Source: an uncultured bacterium (GTDB lineage: Bacteria; Bacteroidota; Bacteroidia; Bacteroidales; CAIWKO01). From it: a DNA stretch of 64,000 bases. The translations under genes were made by a program, and so were the position numbers. The stretch spans positions 7,289-71,288 of the forward strand of contig CAIOYH010000163.1 in the NCBI GenBank assembly GCA_903862465.1. Direction: 5' to 3'. Below, in pieces: positions 9,652 through 18,315 of the stretch; the stretch's first letter is position 1, and each line of letters opens with the position of its first letter. Under the pieces are notes generated by a model. It saw nothing but the letters and a program-made list of their open reading frames with translations, did no database searches and had not been told where the DNA came from.

Positions 9652-9679
9652 AGCTCCGACATTTGTTGGGGCTTTTTTT
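9652..9679 (+). terminator. Rho-independent terminator
   Basis: agctcc ... ggggct 6-bp stem (one G-U pair) followed by T7, 25 bp after the stop at 9627. Confidence 0.6.
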
Positions 9680-9729
9680 ATTTCGTTTTAGTTCTTATTT
9701 TAGTTCATTGTTGTCCGATTCAATATCCT

Positions 9730-9880
9730 TTTTTTATACTGTCGTACCTACGTCACTTTTACGTTTCCTTTAATCGTTTGTTCTACCATACTGTCGTACC
9801 TACGGTACTTTTTGAAGCCTTGTTAGAGGCGGCATTATGGTAGAAAAATATACGTAAAGAAAATCAAGCCCCGATAGGGG
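9730..9880. repeat. Cluster of short REP-like hairpin elements
   Basis: atactgtcgtacctacg occurs twice, 53 bp apart. The second copy contains the hairpin gtacc-tac-ggtac. The hairpin gcccc-gata-ggggc follows at about 9869. Confidence 0.6.
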
Positions 9881-10003
9881 CGACATTATAAAAGTATTTG
9901 CCATTAGGTGTTTTAAAAGGGCTCTTCCTTTTTTACAGAACAACGGTGATTTTATTTGTACAAACTCAAGGATTCGAGGTTATGACATTAGGCAGGACGG
10001 CTG

Positions 10004-10684
10004 TTACGCTTCAAATTTATAGCCAACGCCTTTCACGGTTTTGATGTTGTCGATTTTTAGTTTCTCGCGCACCTTGCGTACATGCACATCCATGGTTCTT
10101 TCGCTCGAAAGGGTCTGTCCCCAAATGGTAGAAAATATTTCGTGGCGGGTGAACACTTTGTTTACTTTGGATACCAATAGCCACAACAATTCAAATTCTT
10201 TTCGTGGCAGTATGATTTCCTCATCATTATGAACCACCATATATTTTTCTTTATAGATAACGATATCGCCCACAATTTTCTTATCGAAGGTGTCTTCAAA
10301 ATAACTGAAACGTCGCAACAAAGCCTTCACCCTACGGATAAGCAAACGGGGGTTGATAGGTTTCACGATATAATCATCAGCCCCTGCATCAAATCCTGCA
10401 ATTTGCGAAAAGTCTTCGCCGCGAGCCGTCAGAAACACAATGATAGATTTGTTTAATGCCGAAATTGTTTTGATTTCTTTGCAGGTCTCTATGCCGTCCA
10501 ATCCGGGCATCATCACATCTAAAATGATGAGATGAGGTTTGATTTCTTCAGCAATCCGCAAGGCTTCTTCACCATTTCCGACTCTTAAAACGGTATATTT
10601 TTCTTTTGTCAGAATAGCTTCGAGCATATCAAGCACATCCGCTTCATCGTCCACCAAGAGTATTTTATAATCTTTATTTTTCAT
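10004..10684 (-). CDS. OmpR/PhoB-family response regulator (receiver plus winged-helix), orphan with no adjacent kinase
   Basis: ATG at 10684 gives MKNKDYKILLVDDEADVLD; the track start is an upstream TTG. Receiver motifs are DVMMPGLDG, LTARGE and KP. The C-terminal winged helix reads TMDVHVRKVREKL..VKGVGYKFEA. Confidence 0.9.
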   Translation of the reverse strand: MKNKDYKILLVDDEADVLDMLEAILTKEKYTVLRVGNGEEALRIAEEIKPHLIILDVMMPGLDGIETCKEIKTISALNKSIIVFLTARGEDFSQIAGFDAGADDYIVKPINPRLLIRRVKALLRRFSYFEDTFDKKIVGDIVIYKEKYMVVHNDEEIILPRKEFELLWLLVSKVNKVFTRHEIFSTIWGQTLSSERTMDVHVRKVREKLKIDNIKTVKGVGYKFEA

Positions 10685-10910
10685 TTCAAAAAGTAATAAA
10701 GACAAAAATATATATAATATCTAGACAATAAACAACTATAAAAGAACTTAATGAAAGATTAATGTACACTTAATGTAAAGGTAACATTGGCAATCTAAAA
10801 TTGATATTGTTGCAAGGATTTTAAAGAAGATAAACGATAGCAATAAATCACCGTCCAAACGCCAAAACCTTCTTGGTTTTTGTTTCTTTCAGCCAAGGAC
10901 GCATCAAAAC

Positions 10911-11264
10911 TCAACAAATTTCGGGAATACAACTGCCCACTTGTAATAACCATGTGGCTATAATGGGCAATATGAAATGGGTTGAAGGTTTGGGTTTCGG
11001 AGGTAGCTCTACCAAAAGAAGCAAATCGCCGCAGTGCATAAATTCGCCCGGCGATATTTGGAGCGTATTGGCTATAATCATCATCGTATCGAATTGGATG
11101 TTCATTTTTCCATGCTCTATCAAACTCAAATTCGAGCGAGGAATGCCCGAAAGCTCGCTAAAATGCTCTTGTGTGTACTTTTTATCACATCTTAGCTCAT
11201 AGAATCTGTTTCCATAAGCTATACTTTGCGTCGGAAACAGAATTGGTTTGCCGTTTCTTTCCAT
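10911..11264 (-). CDS. XRE-family helix-turn-helix transcriptional regulator (C-terminal part uncertain, possible frameshift)
   Basis: HTH_3-like core YELRCDKKYTQEHFSELSGIPRSNLSLIEHGKMNIQFDTMMIIANTLQISPGEF. The tail after PGEF looks unlike protein sequence, and another frame stays open down to 10795. Confidence 0.6.
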   Translation of the reverse strand: MERNGKPILFPTQSIAYGNRFYELRCDKKYTQEHFSELSGIPRSNLSLIEHGKMNIQFDTMMIIANTLQISPGEFMHCGDLLLLVELPPKPKPSTHFILPIIATWLLQVGSCIPEIC

Positions 11265-11486
11265 AATATGAATTTTAATTTAAAATGTTGCATATAAACA
11301 ACAAAGATTTTTGTTTTTGAATGAATATTATATATATTTTTGCAGGGTCAAAATTAGAAAAAATCTTTGAACTAAAAACGACATAAATAAAATTATTTTT
11401 GTTCTTTGAAACCCGTGTAAAAACACATTAAAGGTATGTGGCTTTCGCCTAAAATATTAGACGAAAAAGGCAACATAAATTGCATA

Positions 11487-11820
11487 TTAGGCTTCGGCAA
11501 GCAACTTAGGGGCTTCGGAGAGAGACTCAGAGGCTACTTCGAACGACTTAGTGGCTGTGGAGAGCGAATTAGAAGCTTCGGAGAGCGAATTAGCGACTGT
11601 GGCGAACGACTTAGCTGCTAAGGATAGAGAATTAGCGACTGCATCGAACGACTTAAAGGCTTAGGCGAGAGAATTAGCGACTGCGGCGAGAGAATAAGAG
11701 GCTGAGGAGAGAGAATCAGAGGCTGCGGCGAACGACTTAGGGGCTTCGGAGGGAGAATCAGAGGCTTCGGAGAGCGAATTAGAGGCTTCGGAGAGCGAAT
11801 TAGGGGAAGAATTGCCCTCC
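11487..11820. repeat. 21-bp tandem array #2, 16 units (consensus TTAGAGGCTTCGGAGAGCGAA)
   Basis: Unit starts at 11506, 11527, ... 11800, 21 bp apart; the first unit is 19 bp. Two interleaved unit subtypes end in GAGAGCGAA or CGAACGAC. Confidence 0.95.
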
Positions 11821-11933
11821 GAAATGAAACCGCCTCATAATGAAGCAATTTAATGTAGATAAAAGTGGGTTTATACGCAAAATGGAATTATCAATTAAAT
11901 AAAATAAATGTTTCACTAAAAAACCTAATTATT

Positions 11934-12548
11934 ATGAACACAATTAAATACAGTTATTCAAAACTAGCCCAAGGCACTTTTCTCGAAAAACTTGGCTTTA
12001 TTATTTTTTCATGTACCGACAACGTCAACTTCCCCACATTGGTCGTAACTGTTGCTCTTATTATTGCCAAAAAAGAAGCATACGAAGAGCAATTAGACAA
12101 GTCGAAAGCGGGAGATCATCAAGCCACCACCTTGGCTCGGAAATACAGAAAAGAATTGGAGTTGATGTTGAAAAAGAATGGAATCTACATCAATTTTACT
12201 GCCGATGGAGACATAACAAAGTTAATTTCTAGCGGTTATGATTTGGCTAAAATTCCGGTAAGAACACCTCGTCCGGAAATAGAAATATTGCCATCGTCGC
12301 AACGCGGTGTAGCAAAAGTTATCATTCAAAAAGGTGAAAAGGATGTTGCTTATCAAGTGGAAACACATGCCGACCCCATTCCACCTTTGCCTGCCGACCA
12401 ACGTTGGCAACGGCAACCTATGTGTACAAGACATTATCAATCCATTTCGGGGATTCCTGTTGACACAAATATGTGGTTACGCTATTATACGGTTTCTCCT
12501 GATGGCGAAATCGGACCAAAAGGACCCTTTAAATTCAAAATTTTATAA
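11934..12548 (+). CDS. Hypothetical protein: helical N-terminal part plus Fn3/Ig-like C-terminal domain (paralog of 49772..50434)
   Basis: ATG 11934 (MNTIKYSYSKL); the track start is the upstream GTG 11865. It shares an architecture with 49772..50434: ..SSGYDLAK / ..RNGYGVGK, then a Pro-containing linker, then beta-rich G.VAK.I..K..K.Y.V. Confidence 0.65.
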   Translation: MNTIKYSYSKLAQGTFLEKLGFIIFSCTDNVNFPTLVVTVALIIAKKEAYEEQLDKSKAGDHQATTLARKYRKELELMLKKNGIYINFTADGDITKLISSGYDLAKIPVRTPRPEIEILPSSQRGVAKVIIQKGEKDVAYQVETHADPIPPLPADQRWQRQPMCTRHYQSISGIPVDTNMWLRYYTVSPDGEIGPKGPFKFKIL

Positions 12549-12641
12549 GGGGGATTTGGAAGTTTTCCTTTAGGGGAAATTGTGGATTCATCAGGAAAAC
12601 ATAAAATGGTATCTTGATGATGAAAGATAAAACTATGAAAA

Positions 12642-12669
12642 AGCTTGCTCGAAAGGGTGAGCTTTTTTT
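12642..12669 (+). terminator. Candidate rho-independent terminator
   Basis: agcttgctc-GAAA-gggtgagct stem (9 bp including G-U pairs) with a GAAA tetraloop, then T7. Confidence 0.55.
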
Positions 12670-12785
12670 ATGGTTACATTGTTGGATGGTTCTATTGTTG
12701 TTGGTTTAGTAAAGGTGTTGTGGTTAGCACTTGTTTTTTTTGGCGTGTTGACTTTAACCTATAAAATTAATGGGTATGTTCAAAA

Positions 12786-13412
12786 TTACTGCACCGCATC
12801 AAACAATGCCACTATGGTGGAGATAATAAATTCAATTCCGATAGCAATGACAATGAACCCCACGATACGCGAAAGCGCATTGATACCCGATTCGCCAAGG
12901 TTTTTTACAATAATTCGGGAAACCAACAACACCACAAAAGTGATGAGCGAAACCAAAACGACAGAAGATAAAAGCAACATCACATCGGTCAAACGTTCAT
13001 ACTGTTGACGATACGTTATGAGCATGGAAATAGCCCCCGGACCTGCAAGCATCGGTATGGCTAAGGGTGTTAAGGAAACTTCTTGCCGAGTTAAGGCGTC
13101 TTGTTTCACTTCTTCTTTAATTCCTTTATGTTTCATGATGGAGCCTGTCAGCAAAGCAAAGCCCGAAGAGGCTATAATCAAGCCGCCCGTAATTTTTAAT
13201 GCGTTCAGACTGATGCCGAAAAAAGAAAGAATATAATTGCCCGCGAAAAAAGAAATAAGCAGTATCACTAACATATTAATGGAGGTCCGCAAGGCGATAG
13301 AACGGATTTGTTGTTGCGATTTGTTCCCGGTCAATCCGACGAAAATAGGAACTGTAGCTAACGGATTGATTACCGAGATTAAGGCTACGAGGCTTGTTAA
13401 AAAGTAATTCAT
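12786..13412 (-). CDS. MarC family (UPF0056) integral membrane protein
   Basis: ATG 13412 gives MNYFLTSLVALISVINPLATVPIFVGLT, the typical MarC N-terminus. The protein is polytopic and hydrophobic throughout. Confidence 0.8.
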   Translation of the reverse strand: MNYFLTSLVALISVINPLATVPIFVGLTGNKSQQQIRSIALRTSINMLVILLISFFAGNYILSFFGISLNALKITGGLIIASSGFALLTGSIMKHKGIKEEVKQDALTRQEVSLTPLAIPMLAGPGAISMLITYRQQYERLTDVMLLLSSVVLVSLITFVVLLVSRIIVKNLGESGINALSRIVGFIVIAIGIEFIISTIVALFDAVQ

Positions 13413-13751
13413 TTTTTTTGCAAAAGTACGCTTAGTGACACTCCTGCATATCAACCTATCATTAAATTTTTTGATGCAGTATTAAATTATGTGGTGCTCA
13501 AGTTTAAGATTTACAAACAGTAAATTCAAAGAGTAAGTGAAAGGAATATCCATTTCCACTATTCATTTCCAAAAATTATTGTCCTTCCTACCAACATTTT
13601 TGGTCATAATAAATTTAAAAACAACCCATGCATTTTAAGATGTTGTTTTCTCATTTCAATGCTAATAGTAAGCTGTTTTGGCTGTGGAAAAATACACATT
13701 AAGTTAACGATTTTATATTGCTGAGTTAACTTTCGGAATTTTTTGTAGCAG

Positions 13752-13759
13752 TACTTTTG
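13752..13759 (+). promoter_or_regulatory. Candidate -7 promoter box (TAnnTTTG) within the 13-mer gtacttttgttgc
   Basis: tacttttg lies 72 bp upstream of ATG 13831. The identical 13-mer gtacttttgttgc is also found at 35867-35879. Confidence 0.45.
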
Positions 13760-13830
13760 TTGCGCGATTTTTATCGCAAAAAAAGAGAGACTCACAAACA
13801 AAAAATCAGTTCATAAATTAAAAAAAAGAC

Positions 13831-16800
13831 ATGAAAAAGAATCTATTTGCATTCGTTTTATTGGTAACACTTTTTAGTGTTGCGAAATCATTCGGACAAA
13901 CCAACACACGGTTTAACGATGGTTATCTCACTGTTTACAAAGCCACCTCGGCTTCTGCACTAGCCAACACAGGAACCGCCATTGTGGCTGAAGAATACAA
14001 CACCACCACAACTACACAAGCGGCTCCCAATTATAGTGTTGCCATTCCAACAGCCACGGGAAACAAGCTTGTTGTTTCGGGCACTGCCACATCTTCGGGA
14101 GGCATGACGCGTTCCGAAAATGGCAGATATTTATTGATGCCGGGCTACAATGGTTTGATAGGCGATGCCAATTCCACCTTTACCACCAATGGCGCAGTCA
14201 GAACGATAAATGGAACCGGAACTGTGGGCGCAGGAATTGCGGCAAATGGTTTACTTTGGCTGTCCGCTAGTAATAATTTAAGAGGAGCTACAAGCGATGA
14301 TGGCACCAATTATTGGATTTCGGGCAATGGAGTTGGCATACAAACTTCCACAACAGGAAACCCAATAACCACAATTACAACAACTTCAACCAACAATCGC
14401 GATGTAGTCATTTATAATGGACAATTGTATTTTACTACCGGTGCCGGTTCGCAAGGAATTTATAGTGTTTCAACAGGGAAACCTATCACAATCGGACAAG
14501 TTTCAACCCGATTGTTTACTCCTTTAAATACCGATACCTATGCTTTTTCAATCAGCCCCGATGCCACTACCTTATATTATGTGGCTTCCACCGGAGGCGG
14601 CATTTATCGTTGCACCTATAACGGAACTACTTGGACCACCGGAACGCAAATCGTTAGCGGCGCGGGCTACACCGGCATTGCTGTGGATTGGTCGAATTAT
14701 GCTTTTAGTGCTGCGGCTGCCAATGGAGCTAGAATTTTTGCTTCCAATCCTTCCACTATCATTGCTGCAAACGACAACGGAACGGCGGTTACTACTACCA
14801 CAATTTTAAGAACCGAGCCTGCTCCAACCATGAATGCATTTCGACAAATTGCATTTTCGCCCATCAAACAAACCATTACCCTCGGTGCAAATACGCCAAA
14901 CGCTTCCAATTTGAGTCCTTCCACAAACAATAATGTTTTATTCCAATTCAATTTGAATGCCAATGAAGGAAATGCTACACTGAAAAAATTAATTCTAAAT
15001 CAATCGGGAACCGCCACCATAGGTACAGGTAATGACATCAGCAATTTTAAACTTATTGATGATGCTAATAACAATGGTATAGCCGATCCTGCCGAACTTG
15101 CTTCCCCTTTGGCTACAGGCACTGTCGCTTCTTCAAATATTACATTCAGTTCTATTGTTCTTTCATCCTATATAACTGAAGGTACAAGCAAAAACTTTAT
15201 TATGGTGGGAGATGTTTCAGCCTCTGCGCCTAATGGAGCAACTTTTGTTCCAAGTATTGTTTCCAACAAAACATTAAACGGAAACAATTATACCACCAAT
15301 GCAGTCAATGCGGGAAATAGTTGGGTAACGATTGGTGCAACACCACCAACAGGCAACACATTGACTATTGCAAGCTGCACAGCACTGAGTATTACATCTC
15401 AAGCTGTAAGTCCAACGGCAGTTTGCGAAGGCAGCGGCACAGCAAAAATCTATACACATCTGATCGGCACAGCACCTTTCACCTATCAATGGAAAGAGAA
15501 CAATGTTCCGATTTCCAATAATGCTACTTACAGTGGAGCTACCTCTGATACGCTGAAAATTACGAATCCAAGTCTGTCATTAAATGGGAATACCTATAAA
15601 TGTGTTGTTTCAAATTGTGCGGGAACAGATTCCACCAACAATCTTGCAACCTTGACTGTTATTGCAGCTCCAAGCCAACCCACCGCAAGCGCCACAGGGC
15701 AACCTACGTGTTCTGTTGCCACAGGAGCCATTACGGTTACTGCACCTACGGGAGTTGGAATCACCTACAGCATTGATGGAACAACATACACCAACACCAC
15801 GGGCATTTTCAATGATGTAGCTGCAGGAAATTATTATGTTACGGTTAAGAATTCTGACAACTGTCCTTCACCTCAATCACCTCAGATAACCATCAATGCC
15901 CAACCGCAGACACCTGCCGCTCCAACAGTTAGTGTAACCGAACCTACATGTTCTTCTGCAAATGGAAATGTAGCCGTAACATCAACCACAACAGGCTTGA
16001 CCTTTAGTAACGATGGCGTAAACTATGCAGGGTATGCTTCACCATTTGTTTATGCAGCGAATGCCACCTATAGTATTACGGCTCAAAACACAAATGGATG
16101 TATCTCTTCGGCAGCTATCGGAACCTTAGCAGCTCAACCACAAACTCCATCTGCTCCGTCAGTAAGTGTAACACAACCAACCTGTGCATCTTCAAATGGA
16201 ACAGTAGCCATAACATCTTCCACAACGGGATTAACGTTCAGTACTGATAGTACAAACTATGCCGCATATACTTCCCCATTTGTGGTTGCTGCCAATGCCG
16301 CCTATAGCATCAAAGCAAGGAATGCAAGCGGATGTATATCCACCGCAGTTGCAGGAACCATGGGTGCTCAACCACAAACTCCTGCTGTTCCTTCAGTAAG
16401 CCTAACCCAACCAACTTGTTCATCTGCTACAGGAACCATAGCGATAACATCTTCTACAATAGGATTAACTTTTACTACCGATAGTGCGAATTTTGCTGCA
16501 TACGTTGCCCCATTTACCTTTGCAGCCAATGCAGCCTATAGTATCATGGCAAGAAATGCTGATGGATGTGTTTCAACAGCTACAACAGGCACAATGAATG
16601 CTCAACCGCAAACACCTGCTTCGCCTTCCGTAAGCCTTACCCAACCTACTTGTTCATCTGCCACCGGATCGGTAGCGATAACTTCTACCACAACGGGATT
16701 AACTTTCAGCACGGATGGTATTAACTATGAAGTGTATGCTTCACCTTTTGTTGTTTCATCCGGTGCAGCCTACAGCATCACGGCAAGAAATGCCGATGGA

Positions 16801-18036
16801 TGTACCTCATTGGCAACCGTAGGAACCATGGGAGTTCAACCCTCTACACCCAATACTCCTTCAGTAAACGTAACGCCACCTACTTGTTCATCTGCCACCG
16901 GAACTGTAGCGATAACTTCTTCCACCACAGGATTAACTTTCAGCACCGATGGAACAAACTACGCAGCATACAGTTCTCCGTATGTTGTTGCTGCCAATGC
17001 AGCCTATAGCATCACTGCGAGAAATGGCAACGGATGTGTATCAACAGCCGTAACGGGAACCATGGGTGCTCAACCACAGACTCCTGCAGCTCCAACGGTA
17101 AGTGTTACCCAACCTACCTTTGTTTCTGCCACCGGATTTGTTACTATAACATCTTCCACCACCGATTTAACCTTCAGCACGAATGGAATCAACTATGCTG
17201 CTTATGTTGCTCCTTACGAATTTGCTGCAAGTGCAGCGTATAGCATCACTGCAAGAAATCTTGCCGGATGTGTATCTGTTGCAACCACAGGCACCCTGAA
17301 TGCGCAACCTCAAAACCAAACTCCTCCATCGGTTAGTATTACGTCTCCGGCAAATGCCTCCGTGTTTGATGTTTCGGATACCATTCATATAGTTGTTGAT
17401 GCTGTGGCTAATGGTGGAAATATTGTTCATGTTGATTTTTTAATGGGTGATGTTTCTATAGGAACAGACTCTATTGCTCCTTATACCAAGAATATTATTA
17501 CGACGCCGGGAGTACATACCCTAAAGGCGATAGCTTATGACAATCATCTATTGTCAGATACGTCTGTAGCGGTAAACATTGTTGCAAACAATATAAAACA
17601 TCCGGTTGTCACGATTAATGCTCCAATTAATATCTATTTATTATACCTTGACGGAGATTCTATAACGGTTTCGACAAGCACATTTGGTGCTGCAGGCATT
17701 GCCTTCTTGGAATTCTTTATTGATAATGTTTCATTTGGCACAGACAATACGTTTCCGTATGCTAAAAAATTCTTGGGCGACTTCGGCTCTCATGCCATAA
17801 CTGCAAAAGTACATGATTTATTAGGTGGAGTATATACTTCTCCTGCGGCTAATTTATTTGTGAAGTTTAAACCATCCGATTTCAACAATGATGCAGTGAT
17901 TGATATTAATGATTATTCAATGTTTGTTGGTAGCTTTGGACAATCATGCAATTGTATGCAGGATTTAAACAGAGATGGCGTGGTAAATATAAACGACTTC
18001 TCCATATTTGTTGGCACTTTCGGTCAACATCATTAA
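13831..18036 (+). CDS. Giant secreted multi-repeat protein ending in a two-segment dockerin-like module
   Basis: Signal peptide MKKNLFAFVLLVTLFSVAKSFGQ. The ~520-aa N-terminal module is paralogous to that of 18316..22992. An Ig I-set-like domain (FTYQWKENNVPISNN..YKCVVSNCAG) follows. Then come seven ~78-aa repeats (PQTP..P.VS.TQPTCSS..G.VAITSSTTGLTFS.DG.NY..Y..PF...A.AAYSI.ARN..GC.S), two Ig-like domains, and the C-terminus DFNNDAVIDINDYSMFVGSFGQ..DLNRDGVVNINDFSIFVGTFGQ. Confidence 0.9.
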   Translation: MKKNLFAFVLLVTLFSVAKSFGQTNTRFNDGYLTVYKATSASALANTGTAIVAEEYNTTTTTQAAPNYSVAIPTATGNKLVVSGTATSSGGMTRSENGRYLLMPGYNGLIGDANSTFTTNGAVRTINGTGTVGAGIAANGLLWLSASNNLRGATSDDGTNYWISGNGVGIQTSTTGNPITTITTTSTNNRDVVIYNGQLYFTTGAGSQGIYSVSTGKPITIGQVSTRLFTPLNTDTYAFSISPDATTLYYVASTGGGIYRCTYNGTTWTTGTQIVSGAGYTGIAVDWSNYAFSAAAANGARIFASNPSTIIAANDNGTAVTTTTILRTEPAPTMNAFRQIAFSPIKQTITLGANTPNASNLSPSTNNNVLFQFNLNANEGNATLKKLILNQSGTATIGTGNDISNFKLIDDANNNGIADPAELASPLATGTVASSNITFSSIVLSSYITEGTSKNFIMVGDVSASAPNGATFVPSIVSNKTLNGNNYTTNAVNAGNSWVTIGATPPTGNTLTIASCTALSITSQAVSPTAVCEGSGTAKIYTHLIGTAPFTYQWKENNVPISNNATYSGATSDTLKITNPSLSLNGNTYKCVVSNCAGTDSTNNLATLTVIAAPSQPTASATGQPTCSVATGAITVTAPTGVGITYSIDGTTYTNTTGIFNDVAAGNYYVTVKNSDNCPSPQSPQITINAQPQTPAAPTVSVTEPTCSSANGNVAVTSTTTGLTFSNDGVNYAGYASPFVYAANATYSITAQNTNGCISSAAIGTLAAQPQTPSAPSVSVTQPTCASSNGTVAITSSTTGLTFSTDSTNYAAYTSPFVVAANAAYSIKARNASGCISTAVAGTMGAQPQTPAVPSVSLTQPTCSSATGTIAITSSTIGLTFTTDSANFAAYVAPFTFAANAAYSIMARNADGCVSTATTGTMNAQPQTPASPSVSLTQPTCSSATGSVAITSTTTGLTFSTDGINYEVYASPFVVSSGAAYSITARNADGCTSLATVGTMGVQPSTPNTPSVNVTPPTCSSATGTVAITSSTTGLTFSTDGTNYAAYSSPYVVAANAAYSITARNGNGCVSTAVTGTMGAQPQTPAAPTVSVTQPTFVSATGFVTITSSTTDLTFSTNGINYAAYVAPYEFAASAAYSITARNLAGCVSVATTGTLNAQPQNQTPPSVSITSPANASVFDVSDTIHIVVDAVANGGNIVHVDFLMGDVSIGTDSIAPYTKNIITTPGVHTLKAIAYDNHLLSDTSVAVNIVANNIKHPVVTINAPINIYLLYLDGDSITVSTSTFGAAGIAFLEFFIDNVSFGTDNTFPYAKKFLGDFGSHAITAKVHDLLGGVYTSPAANLFVKFKPSDFNNDAVIDINDYSMFVGSFGQSCNCMQDLNRDGVVNINDFSIFVGTFGQHH
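15904..17307 (+). repeat. Six in-frame 234-bp tandem repeats inside the gene (a more divergent unit precedes them from about 15670)
   Basis: PQTP-encoding unit starts at 15904, 16138, 16372, 16606, 16840 and 17074, each 234 bp apart. Confidence 0.9.
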
Positions 18037-18060
18037 GCTAAACGCAAAAAACCAATAAAA

Positions 18061-18088
18061 AAGCCCAAACAAGTGTTTGGGCTTTTTT
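18061..18088 (+). terminator. Rho-independent terminator
   Basis: aagcccaaaca / tgtttgggctt stem followed by a T-run, 25 bp after the stop at 18036. Confidence 0.8.
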
Positions 18089-18256
18089 ATTTTGTGTATT
18101 TTAAGTCACACCAATGGCTAGTAGTTTTATCATTGGTTTTTAGTTCCGATGGATAATCTAACAATCACTGTTTCAATTTAGAAATAATGCTTAGAACTTA
18201 ACGCTAACCTAATGATTATATAATACTACGGTCATCTTTAAAACTTATCCTATCTG

Positions 18257-18264
18257 TAATTTTG
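18257..18264 (+). promoter_or_regulatory. Candidate -7 promoter box (TAnnTTTG)
   Basis: taattttg lies 52 bp upstream of ATG 18316. Confidence 0.4.
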
Positions 18265-18315
18265 CAAACAATATTCTTTACACAAAAATGACTAATTAAT
18301 TGAAACAAAAAAAAC

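Noticed and set aside
9643-9843. A 66-aa ORF after the scaffoldin-like gene.
   Set aside because: It covers the terminator hairpin and the REP-like repeats. This is the characteristic spurious ORF generated by such elements.
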